From Lytechinus pictus (Eukaryota): DNA of 60,000 bases. Position 1 is the first letter of the stretch. Every line of letters begins with the position of its first letter. The position numbers and the translations under genes are program-made. The notes under the pieces are model-generated. The model was not told the DNA's origin and made no database searches. It saw only the letters and a list, made by a program, of their open reading frames with translations. Shown here piece after piece: positions 12,201 through 24,736 of this stretch. The stretch covers positions 14,696,001 through 14,756,000 of the forward strand of contig NC_087245.1 in NCBI RefSeq assembly GCF_037042905.1, read 5' to 3'.

Positions 12201-13582
12201 TTGATAGTGTAGGGCCTGCATTACACATGAGAAATGACACGATATTGGGGGGAGGGCAAAAGTACTGATACTGAAGGGACCTAGACCAAAGTTTATTATA
12301 TGCCTGAGAATTTTTTTTTTGGGGGGGACCATTCAACTGTTGAAAAAATTATTATTTTATTTACAAGCAGTTTTGTTTAAAACTTGCGAGGACGGGGGGG
12401 GGGGGGCATATTAAAAGGAAAAGGTTTATTGTATGAAGTACATGGTGTAGGATAGGCCTACATAAATCCTTGGTCAATTCACTCCCACATTGAGATGAAA
12501 TATTATATTTCCTTTAAGTCCTGACTGAGTAAATGACATTGACCTGTAGTCCCACAACATTGTTTTGAGGAAGTGTTGATTAGAGATTAGGGTGCATTGA
12601 ATGATAGTTACAGTGGAACCTTACACAAATTACACCACTACTACAGATCATTTCCCTTTGGATTGCATTAATGTCAATCAGGGCTTTCCTTTTTTTACAC
12701 ATAGGTCACATTGAAAGAAAAAACATGCATTGTACATACATTGTATTTACATGATGTGCGTCCTACTGTCCTTGCCTCTTGATTTTTGAAAATTCATTTT
12801 ATTGTATCGATAAAACTGATTTTGTATATAGACCTACATTATTCTTTTAAGAAGCCAGTAAAAGTATGGCAGATGCATAAACAATCATACTTATGCATAC
12901 ATGCAGTAAAATGTATCTTGTTTTAAAAAGAATGATAAATGGTTTTCTCATTTTTCTGCAATAAACATAATATCATTCAAATGTACATGTACATGTATGT
13001 CTTCCCTCCCAAAGTTCTCAATATTGACATTTTTAATATTGCAAATAATAAAAAACATATATGGAAAATGGTCGGATCCTATTTTGTGTTATTCATATTG
13101 AACTCTCCTTTGGATCACTGCACTTTCATACTATTAAATTGTTTATTAATCAATCATATTATTTTCTCCTTTAACATAGGTGAGATAATATAGTTTGTAC
13201 AGAATGATAAATTGTAAGCACTGTATGATGCACAACATAGTATTTGTTGAATTGAAAAATATGTACAGTAGAGAGAAGAGAATTTTGTTTAAAATATTTT
13301 CAAGGTTATTTCAGCTATACTTTAGGGTTTACACTGTAGGTATTATTTTGTTACTGGATTCAATTAACAGTATTATATGAATTCATGCATGATCAATCAT
13401 TTGTGCTATTTTATTCAAATCAAATTCAGATCCACAATGGGGAAATGGTCGGCAGTGGTTTTTGAGATGTGTGGGATCACTGAATATTGTACAGAAAACC
13501 AGAAACCACTTCCAGTTGCTGCTTTGAAGTGCTTTCATACAGATAAAGATTCATAAAAAAAAATTATTTTGATATTTCTGTT

Positions 13583-13811
13583 TGTTGTAACTCCCGTAGG
13601 AACTCGGCAGGACAGCGCTTGGCTGGTAAACGCCAATCTATTTTACGTCTACATGTACATGTAGGTTAATCAGTCATAATGGCTGACCTTATAGACGACA
13701 GATATTACTCTCGGGCCTTTATATCAAAGTGGAGACAATGGCAGAGTGGGGATTCGAACTCACAACCTTGCCATTATGAGTCCAATGATCTAACCACTGG
13801 ACCACACGACC
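13583..13811 (-). mobile_element. tRNA-derived SINE
   Basis: Minus strand starts GGTCGTGTGGTCCAGTGGTTAGA (A box) ... GAGTTCGAATCC (B box), followed by a non-tRNA body and a short ACA-type tail. Confidence 0.8.
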
Positions 13812-14425
13812 CGAAATGTAGTTTTGTACATTATATCTTGTTGGAATATTCAACATTGATGCCCCAGCCCGAGTAGTACTTTTATGTACATGTAGTAAGG
13901 TACTCTGCATGAGCATGTACATACATGTAATACTGTACAGACCTGTATTATGCATACAGGTTTTATGATGAAACTTGTCAAGATCAAATACAGCGTACAC
14001 ATGGAACAGATGTGTGATTGTTTGCTCAGAGTTGAAATCAGTACTTGATAATGATAATGTTGAAATATTCTTTGTTTACTTCTCTTAAAATAGTTTCAGT
14101 GATAATGAAACAAACCAGTGTGACACACCGGCCTTTCGATCTCTCAGTGTCGTGCTTGGTCCAACGATGATTTAATCCCCCCTTTTATCGTGATGCTTTT
14201 TGTATATTTATGTGAAACTTCATAGAGAGGATTTTTTACAATATATGACTGTTACATGTATGTAGTTATTGTTATTTTCTTCTCTGTTTCTTTCTGCAGT
14301 GTGAATCTTTACCACGTGCATTTAAGATATTGGTTGGTACTTTTTCTTTAGACATACTGTAGTTGATACATTTCTAACTGCTTCAAAGAGCTTTGCAATA
14401 AAAAAGCAACTAATTTACATTATTA

Positions 14426-14894
14426 GGTGGTTTCAGACCGCCTCGAAGTTCGCCAGTTCCAGGTATTCTCTGATCGGAAAATTTACCCCGATCAGAAAAT
14501 ACCAGGTATATTGGCGGTGTGAAAGCAAACTACGCGTAATATCCCCGAAAGAAAATACCCGATAAATAGTAGGTACTTGGCGAAATTACGAGAACTTTCG
14601 CGGGGATTTTTCCAAGGTCGTGTGTATTTTGGCGGTCTGAAAGCAAATTACGGGAACTTTTAGCCCAGCGTGTCGTTGGGTGCGGCGCCGTGCATGGGTT
14701 GCTGCTGGGCTAGTGATTTTGAATTTTGCGCCTTGCTGCTTATCAGACCATACTGCGCATGCTCGTAACTTCAGGAACTTATCCCGAAGGGTATGTTTCA
14801 GGGCGGTGTGAATGCAGGAATAATTAATGGGTATTTTTCAGCCTAAAAAAGTTCTCGTAATTTAACGGGGATATCGAGGCGGTTTGAAACCACC
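14426..14894. mobile_element. PIF/Harbinger-like MITE
   Basis: TIR GGTGGTTTCAGACCGCCTCGA / TCGAGGCGGTTTGAAACCACC, flanked by TTA / TAT. Internal repeats GGCGGTGTGAAAGC. GC-rich island within an AT-rich intron. Confidence 0.8.
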
Positions 14895-15650
14895 TATTGA
14901 CTCCATTTTTAATAGCACCCAAAGATCATGAGGATATCACACATTGATACATTTTATGGATTCAGGTTTTGTTTTATTCATCTTGTACATGCATGTCAGG
15001 CCACATTATGGACCTTTTCTTAAACTGCCAGTCATATTTATTCATTGGAGCCTTGCCCTTGAACTTCAATATTGCACAGAGCCCATGCTGATATTTGAAA
15101 AAAATAAAAATTAGTATGATACAGTATTCTTCCTTTTGCCTGTGAATCCTGAATATTGAGTGTTGATGCTTGTCAGACATACATGAAAAAGGTTCAAATC
15201 AATCAGATATTTATTATTTTATACAAATTAGTGAAGTTCTTGTTTCCATTTCAACTATATTATTGATAACCTTTAACAATACTACATGTACATGTAAACA
15301 CCAGTATACGGATACTGTTCATTTATTGGTTTTTCATTTTCTAATGATTTGCTTTAACTCTTTGCACGCTGAATTTTGGAGGGATAATAATGACAATTGT
15401 TTCCATGTTATTTTCTTTAAATTGAAGATTTCCATATTGCACCATTGATAATCATTATTATTATTACATAGATGTTATTCAAGAGCCTTTGCCTTTTATT
15501 AGCTTATCTAATTTGATGGTGGGGGAGGGAACTAATTATTAGGATTGTTGAATTTAATTGTGCGAATGTGCAAAATTGCAACATCAGCACACAAAGGGTT
15601 AATATTACTACATGTACATGTAGTTAGATTTTCAGAGCAGTCATATTTAT

Positions 15651-16202
15651 ATAATATTGACTGGCCTTGAGGGGAACATCAAATATATTGCCAGCAAAAG
15701 AATCATATTGGCCCGAGTCTTTAGACGAGGGCAATATGGGTCATTTAAGGGCAATATATTTGATGTTCCCCGAAAGAAGAGCCAGTCAATATTTTTATTA
15801 TCATCCAAATCAGATATCTAGAGCAAAAATCATGATAATGGGGATATTTCTTTTAAAAATAGAGTTCTATTGTGTCATGTTAATATCGGTAAAGGCTCTG
15901 CACTTTACCATTATGACGTACTTGCAAGCGCTCGGATCCAGCGTTGTCTTTATTATGACGTATAGTGTTGGTGCGCGGATCCTTATGAAGCGTATCACTT
16001 CATTCGCATCCTCAAATGCCCGGATGTGAGACCAGGGAAAATACAAAGGTATATTTTGCGTCGTCTCTGCATGCAAAGTAAATACGCGCATTGAGACCGA
16101 GGAAAATACAAACAATATACCTACCCTTCCCGATATTAAGAAAATGTAGGGCAATACGGTTTTGTAAATGACCAGCTCAGATGTCTGATACGGGTGATAA
16201 TG
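15651..16202. mobile_element. Interspersed element with a ~140-bp terminal hairpin (possibly a non-autonomous Crypton-like element)
   Basis: AATATTGACTGGC..GGGGAACATCAAATATATTGCC (15653-15692) pairs with GGCAATATATTTGATGTTCCCC..GCCAGTCAATATT (15750-15793). CpG-rich body. ATTATCATCC / GGGTGATAAT inverted pair at ~15797 and ~16192. Confidence 0.55.
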
Positions 16203-16664
16203 TAGTATATTGTACATACATGTAGCCTCACGTGCATGAAGGTGGTATTTTCAATAAGTTACTCCCTTGAATTGGAGCAAACAGACAACTGCTGAGATGG
16301 AATGTGACTTTTTGTCACCAGTTTTTCAGAAATCTTGCCAATGTTTACAGTTGTGGGATACACAAAGCTTAATGATGTGCCAAAGGTTCATGGATGATTG
16401 AAAGAAGATAATTTCCTCATATTTTTGTAATGGTGGAAAGATATTTCATTTGTGAATTATGTAAATATGAAGTGTTTGCCCTCTGAATTTTTTATAATCA
16501 TAAGAATCTATAAGTCAATAGATCTATAATATTTCTTGACCAATGTTGTTATGTTCAAACACTTATTATTCTTATTAGAAGAGATTCATTTTTATAATCA
16601 AGGATTATTTTATTTTAGTTGGACTATTTTTTTTTTTTACATTTAGTGCTTTGATACATGTAGT

Positions 16665-17200
16665 CCCGGGGGGGGGGGGGGGGGGGCACTCAGTATATAA
16701 TGCATAGTGGGTATGTGCCGCGGAGGGGACCCCCATTTTCACACTCAAATTTCCGTTCCAAGGCATAGCATTTTTGTCTTATTGAGAAAAAGAACAAAGA
16801 AAGCCGCTCCAAAGCATAGCATTTTCTTCTTATCGAGAAAAAAGAAGAACGATATCCGCTCCAAAGCTTCGCATATTTTCCGTTACGCCGTTCCGGTCGC
16901 TGAGCCGCAATTTTTGGTAAAAAGCGGCCGCAGAGCGCTGTCCAACCATCGCCTCTGCGCGAGCGCACCTGGCCGGCGGCCGTGCGCCGTGCTAGCTGCA
17001 TGCACGTACATGTATGCCCGTTCCATTGGGATGCACACGCAGGCGACCCATTCCAAGGACTCCTGTTTTCACAAACATTTGTAGTTACGAGGACCATCCT
17101 TTTTATAATAAGCCCGCTCCAAGGCCCCCGTTTTTTGTCTCGCCCGCGGCACATACCTACTACTTTTTTGGTCTAGTGCCCCCCCCCCCCCCCCCCCGGG
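16665..17200. mobile_element. Young non-autonomous DNA transposon with CCCGG(G)n termini and 8-bp TSD
   Basis: TIR CCCGGG(G)nCACT / AGTG(C)nCGGG; subterminal GGTATGTGCCGCGG / CCGCGGCACATACC. Perfect TSD CATGTAGT at 16657-16664 and 17201-17208. Confidence 0.88.
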
Positions 17201-20200
17201 CATGTAGTACATGTATGAGGATATGCATTGTGCTTATAGAACTAATTTGATCATCTATCAACAAAATTGATTTTGTTTTTTCCCCCTCTACATTTCTTTA
17301 TTGCCCCATCTCCAAATGAATTTTTGGTAACATGTACATACTGGTAGGTGTGGTATGTTTTAAACTGCCTCTTCTTAAGTATGTGTACTGAATTTGTGAC
17401 GTACAAAATAGAGATATTATAATATTTGTAGTTGAAAACTAGCAAACAATATAATCAGCATGGTAAAATCTTTATATGAAGTTTTACCATCACTTCTACA
17501 TAGAATAAAGTACTGTAACAAAAACACTGTCACTATTATTGTATAAAAAAATCCTTTGTCAGTACCTACATGTAGATTTGTTTTTTCCCAGGGTTTTTCC
17601 CATGAATTTCTTTTTTCTTCCTTTTTATTCAAATTCAGATAAATTGTTGGATTGGAAAAGTAGTATAGTTGTTTTCGACTGGTAACTGTTTAGTTAAACT
17701 CAAATTGTTGCGTGTACAGGCAAAAGTCACTATTAATGAAATTTATCTATACATAGTAATCTAAAAAACAATAAAACATTTAAAAGTCAAAGTAATATAA
17801 TGGAATGTTGTGCTTATTTAATTGCTTCAACATTTCCTTAGTACAGATTAGCTTAAAAATGTGTCACGTACATGTATGTTGTACAGGTATGTAATTTGTG
17901 TGATATCATATAACCACTTGCAAGGTCAGCTACATGTACATTCAGAGAATTATGACATTCACTACTGAACACAGGAATGCTGCAAAAATATGGGTGTGTT
18001 AAAGTGCAGTAAATTTGCAGTGGGAGTATTATCATCTGCAACAGATGTACACAATATTTCTCACCACTTTAGAAAATGGTGATGAATGAGTGAGGCATTG
18101 AGAAAATTAGAAGGTTTGTGATTACTGCATCATGATTAATCCAGTGATTCAGATTTAAAAATCACACCAATGCTTATCAGAAACTATAAATGGTCTCACG
18201 ATATTCATATCAATTCACTTTGACGAAGTATTCTTTTATGATTGCACATACATGTAGACTATACATGTACATTCACGTTTTTTTATATTGTGAATTTTGA
18301 TCTGAAGATGAACATGGACTATCTCCAGCAAGCAACTGTAAGTTAATACTTGCTTCACTTTCACAGAAAATGGTTTTGATTGCTGTCTCTAGTCTAAGAG
18401 AGATGATTTTCAGAATCCATCTACTTTGTTGTGTTATTTTTAGCCTAAACCTCTATCCTTACACCCATTGAACTTGATATTTGAACTAAAAGAACTTAGG
18501 TTTGAGAGTCCACTTTTGAGATGTGAAGCTGAATACATGTAGCTGATTTCAGTTCTTTATTAATGCTATTTTTAAGGGATTTTTGTGTGTGAATGCAGGT
18601 GTACATAAGGAGTTTTGCACTTTCAGTTTTTGTTGTTCAACAGCTCTTTTTTTGTGATGACACACGAAAAGGGGTATAAATCTCATTATGCAAAATCAAT
18701 TTACTGGTAGTTTAAAACTGTAAGTAGTATGTTAATAGTTGTGATATTGTTTTTGATCAATATGCATCCTTCTTTTTGTAGAAAGTTGTGTTTAATTGAT
18801 CAGAACTTCCTATCTCAAATGATATGATATTAATATTTATTTTAAATAATGAATTTCACAGATGAACTTCCATGATAACAATAAATTTCATGTACACCTG
18901 TATAATTATCCGTAATATTGCATCTGATCATGGATGCTTGGATGGGATTGATAATGGTAGCTGTTATGAGTATACATTTGAATATAATTGGATTCTCTGA
19001 ATGGAAGTATTCTGATGTGGAGAAAAGTTGTTGTTTTTTTTCTTCAAAATCTCCTTATTTTGAAAACCCGCCTTGATGCAGCACAAATCCTTGACATGAA
19101 GTGCACATTGACACTGACATTTGTAGGTTTAGACCACACACAAATATTTCCAGAGTTATGTGTGTTTCTTTCACCTTTCTTCTCTATATTTTACACAGGT
19201 CTTTACTTTATACTCCACAATTGTACAAGTTTGTTTACATGGGAAATTAGCTGTAGGGTCTTTATGATTCTATAGAAATTTACAGGCTTTTGTGTGCCTG
19301 CGTGGAGGTGTGTCTCTATCCACAAAGCATGACCCAAATATCTTTTAGCTTGTGGACTAGACCACTTTAAAAGTTTTTAAATTCTTTCATTCTTTTCAAG
19401 TTTGTTGTCACTGAATTCAGTTAAAGATTTCCTTCGAAGTTACCATGCACATGTACACATGTAGTACAGGGCACACAGCACACTGAAGAGTGGTTTTGAG
19501 GAGTAGGCCTACACGTACATTGTAGTTTACAGCATATTACTTTTTGGGACAGTACTGAATATTCATGAAACTAAAGCAAGTTTGACGTAAACAAAAATGT
19601 ATTTTTTTACAAACTACACGTTCATATCTGGGTGATACTTTGTAACTAGGGGATATGTTTTCCATGAATATTTTCCCAGGTATTAATTAGAAAATATTAT
19701 GTGATATCCATGTCCAATATTTTAATAACATTATTTAATACAAAATGACAGAGGCTCTTCTCTGCTCATTGCTCAGATCCTAACAAAAAAAATAACTTTC
19801 ATTTATTTAAACATGGAAAGCAGTAATCTTGGATGCCTAAATTAATATTGATCACAGTGCACATACAAGGATGGAACCTGTACAGTCTCATGGTCTTTTT
19901 CATGATTGAAAATACATCCCTTTTTGGTCAAGATTGAATGAATTCTTTCTATTATTCTGTGAGCTATGCTTACACTTCAGTTATATTTACACAGCACTGT
20001 CATTTGTTTAGGAGATCTATTCAGTCTACATTCTTGGAGTAAGATCTGACACCTCTCTGTTGTCTTCTTGTTCTGACTTCAAATTGCTAAGCAAATGTTT
20101 ATTAAGAGAATGGTCCTACAAGTGTAGTGACAGAATTTCTCAAATATGCATGTAGGCCTATACAGGTAGGTTCATTGATAAACGTAAAGAAGAAGAAAAA

Positions 20201-23200
20201 TGGATTCACTGAATGGTATGTCTCACGGACTCTCACTTGATATTTGTTTTTTGCCAGTCAATCTGTTTAAAAATCGCTTCCAATTGGTATAATAAAAAGA
20301 GAAAACATGTTTCTGCTAAAACTTTGAAACCAACGCGATGTCGGGGTACACTTCCTCTTTAAAAAACACTTTGAGCTCCACCTTCCCTACATTTTACACT
20401 TGTATGTACAACTACATACGAATGTACATCGTGTACTTGTACCAGACACACCTCTAGCAAACCCAGTTAGGAAAACCAAGCTTCAAGTTTATTATCCAAA
20501 CAAATTAGTCTGTTTCACATTTTCTATGCATTCTCCGAGGTGCAGTGGCTGTAACCTTTAGGGACACGAGTGACTGACTTGGAGTAATGTCCATAGAAAT
20601 ATACAGTATGCATGTATGACAGATAAGGCTCATTTATAATAAACCTGTTATCCATTTTCTATTTGCTTGTCCTGTCAACCTGATGAGTTTCATAAAGACA
20701 AAGAAACAATAGGTGCTTTTACACCTGCCCTTTACAAAAAAATGCCTGGTATTTTCACCAAAAGAAAGTACACACAGATTGGCAGATGCTCAAATTACAA
20801 GAATTAATCCATGTTTACTGTTGCATGGATATTTTAATACTGAAAGGAAATTACCCCCCCCAAAAAAAAAATAAAAAAATATATATATATATTTGAGGAA
20901 AGAAGTTGGCCTATGTGCATCCTTTGCAAAAGGAGTGCCTGTCTTTTTTTCGGTCCATAATGAAGAGAACTTTATCTGGTTCAGGTAGGTGTAAGTGCAT
21001 AAAATTAATGAACCTGCATTTTGAGGCTCAAAAAATTTCTCATGATTTACAGGTATTTTCCTGATTGGGCAGATATGAATAGAATCTGATAATCTGATGT
21101 CTTTGTCATTCCATTCATTGAAGTCATGATTTGCATCAATCTACATGGTTTTAACAGGAAAATAAACAGACTGCTATCCAACTGATTGATTTTTTGAAAT
21201 TTGTGGTCATGCTAAGCAGCTTTCTCATAACTAATTAGAACCTGTTTTCCATAGCCAGTCTGTAGCACTAACTGCTAAAACACCCCCTTCTATTCTTTCA
21301 GTGTGAACTTGTACACTTTTTTATGTATGAACTGTTTGGGGATATTGGTTATATTAGCCCCTGTTCTTTCTGGGGTTTTCTTAGGGTAGATGCTTCTATT
21401 TTTGAAAAATGTTATAAATGAGAATAGTGAGCTGAGAGTGTTGCAATTTGCAATATAGACCTGCAATTCATAAATATATTAAAACCGTAGGCCTATTAAA
21501 TTCAGGTAGAAAATCAATTTATCTTTTCTTTGGCAAGAAGCAGAGTAGCAATAAATTACAAATGGCAATTCCAACACACACTTTGGAGCCTAATTAGAGA
21601 ATACTTTTTAAGCCTATGATATTGCTTTAATTCTCTATGTGCTTTGTATTGCATAAGTCTAAATATGAATTTCATATTAAAGATAATTTATTATTAAAAA
21701 GAAAATAGTGACAAAACAATAAGGTAATTCATCCATTTTAACACTAGGAAGTTTTTTGCAAAGCTCCCCAATAGTGAGTTGGAATATTATGTCTGTACTG
21801 TTACTTGAATAATCTTTATCAAATGCTATGAAGCACAATGCTGGATACTAGAAAGTAAAATGGAAAATGCCCATTCCACGTGGTGCCACGCCCTTTCCCC
21901 ATCTCAATATTGATGATGTACCCAGCAATATATTGAGAAGATGCTGGCTGGTAGTCCTGGAGCATCATTAATGATCAATCCAATTCCTTTTTTATCTCCC
22001 TTACATAAATAAATTCATGGAGTTGAGTAGGATGATTATATGTGCACAGTGTCTGCTCAGTGTCTGGGAGAGTGACTCAGACTATTGTAAAAATTAGGCG
22101 CATGGTGAGAGATGCGATTTATGAGGTTTTGATGGATGCATTCACTGCTTCCAGGATCGCATTATTTCTTTTAAAGGTACATGTACATTTGCATTGTGCT
22201 GTAAAGAATACTTATGATCTTCCTAATTTAATAATTTATGGCATAGCTTTTCCATGTAAAATTGTTATGAGGAATTTCAAATGTCATAATTTATTACATA
22301 CATGTAGCCATAGAACAGATGATAACACAAACTTATATTGAGGTTGTCAAAAATAAACCTTTCAGTTAGAGGGGTTAAAAGGATGATGACCTTGCATTCT
22401 TGCAATGTATTAAAACCAAAAATGACAGAATCCTTTTATTAAAGTGCATGGATTTAGCTTCATTTTTTTTTTTTTTTCTTTGTATGATACTATGAAGAAG
22501 AAAAATTAATCCCATCTCTATTGAAAAAAAAAAACCTCTCGCACAGTTGATCAAAGACAGTCGTAGGTTATACACATTTTGTCGCCTTTAACTCTCACTG
22601 GGAAAAGCAAACTTCTGAAGGAGTAGGATAACTGTGATGCGGTGAATTATGATATGCCTACTTTGGCTTGATCATGACTATTTATGCACGTAAGAAGAGA
22701 CCTACACATATTGACTAATGCGTGACCTGGAAGCAATTGACTCAAAGGGAAATCGGAAAGATTTGTGTTTTCCTATGCACGTCTCTCTCTGGTTTACTGA
22801 ATATGAAGGCTACATTTTGAATAGGCCTATAGAATATACAGTATATAAATGCATATAAGTAGATAAGTGCCTATAAAGTAGATGCAAATAGTGCAGTATG
22901 AAATGTTCAGGATACATTAGATATTTGATGTAGCTCACCTAATGGCAATGAATTTTGATAAATCTAGTTTACATGAACTTTGCAAGCTACAGGTTATTTT
23001 CTTGATCATATAATAGTTATCAAGTGAGGAAACTCACTCTTTTGAAAATAAATCCTATTATTGGTATCTTTCACACTGGTCAGTGGTAGTAGGCCTGAAT
23101 TTTGGTTATGTAGTCTATAAAATAGCACAAGGCCTTCAAATTCAGAGAAAGACAAGACTTATGCATTTGGTTGGATATTTTTTTCCTTTTGAATTTTCTA

Positions 23201-24052
23201 TGAATCTGATAATTACCAGACACAAGAATGTTAGGCCATTTTATATGAAGGTTGGCTGCATGAAGTAAACAGTCTAGAATACCAGAGAAAATGATATACT
23301 TGTGTTTTCATTTATGTATTTCTGTTTGTCAAACCACACAAAAACGTACCTTGAAATAATTCAACAAGTTACTTACAGACCACAATAATCTTTAATAGCA
23401 ATGTTCAAAACTTCCCCCCCACAAAGTCCTCCATCAGGCCAATGTCACAAAAATTCTTGCATGTAATTGCTTAGTTTTATTGTGCAAAACTCTTCTAGTC
23501 ATTTAGAAATTAATTCCATTAGTGGCTGAAGGACTCTCCACAGACTCCACTAATATTGATCCATTTGTCTCTGTCACAGCAAACAATGCGCATTAAATCT
23601 GACATTCATGTTTAAAGATTATAATACCTTTATATTACATGGGTATGTATGTATTTTTCTTTGATTGTTTTCTTCATATTTTTATTTTCTTCATGATGTT
23701 TACTAACAGAAAATAATTTCTGGGTGTAAAAGGCTGAGGCAAGATTGTGTTTTATTATCATGGAGGTCAAAAAGTGCAACAAATAATGACTGGAGTGAGT
23801 CATTGGTACAGTAGTAAAAAAAAAAAAAAAGAACTCACAAAGATAATTTAAGCTTATTATGCATGGGATCTGACACAACTGAAAATAGGGGAAAATTGTG
23901 TTATAGGAAAGTGCAGATGTCTTGTTTATGAATGTAATGATTATATTTGTATAACTTACTATGATTTTTCCTATTTTATCAAATGTTGTCCTAAATATTT
24001 TGAATTTTACAATTTCTTTTCTATTCTTTTTCCTTTTTTTTCTTCACTACAG

Positions 24053-24138
24053 AATGCCCATGTAGCAATGATGGATGCAATTATGAAGGCTTATGTGAAT
24101 GAGACGATATCTGTTGAAAACGTTGTACAAGCTGTCAG
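24053..24138 (+). CDS. CAMSAP: CAMSAP coding exon 4 (NAHVAMMDAIMKAYVNETISVENVVQAVR)
   Basis: Strong polypyrimidine tract, CAG|...AG|GTATGT. Homologous to SAHMAMVDALMMAY..E.IS.EKVV. Follows a 14.76-kb intron. Confidence 0.93.
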
Positions 24139-24579
24139 GTATGTTTGATCATATGATTTAAATGTGCAGTGATAATGAGTGACTGCATGTATCTTCTTTC
24201 ACAAAAGGAAAAGACTGAAATGGTAATGACAGTGGTTTTTTCACCTTTATTTACGGCAAGTTCCAACCTTCTTTCCATCTGACTTGGACAAATTAAAATA
24301 ATAAAGAGATTGTATCTTTCCATTTCATTCAGATTGTATTTAAATATTAAAACTACATTTTATATGATCGACTCTGTTATGCTGTCAGGCTTTACTTGAT
24401 GATGTTTGATTTTATACTTCATAGTCATTCCTATATTAAAAAGTTTAACATGTTTTTGTCTATTGATTTTAGTATCAGCTTAAGATTTTCCAATATAATA
24501 TCTATGTATTTGTGGTTTTTCCTGTGATTAGCTTTCACTATTAACAAGGTTTATCTGTTAATGCGTTTGTTGCCAACAG

Positions 24580-24736
24580 GAAATTCACAACATTCAATGC
24601 TTCGAGCGAGTTGCCCTTTGACCTGGAGGATGCACTCCAGTTCTGGATCAACAAGGTTTGTTTGGCTGTAGAACACCAGGTAGAGAGAGACAGAAAGACA
24701 CATCAGGCAAACATCATGCAATCAGCAGCACCAGCT
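24580..24736 (+). CDS. CAMSAP: CAMSAP coding exon 5 (KFTTFNASSELPFDLEDALQFWINKVCL...), start of the CH domain
   Basis: CAG|...|GTAAGT, phase 2-0. ELP.DLEDA..FWINKV hallmark. Confidence 0.95.

Noticed and set aside
13740..13811. tRNA-Met gene (CAT anticodon-like loop, minus strand)
   Set aside because: The acceptor stem does not pair and the sequence continues into a SINE body. It is a tRNA-derived SINE head.
16690..17250. Overlapping 64-154-aa ORFs
   Set aside because: Chance ORFs in a GC-rich MITE; no DDE or DNA-binding signature.
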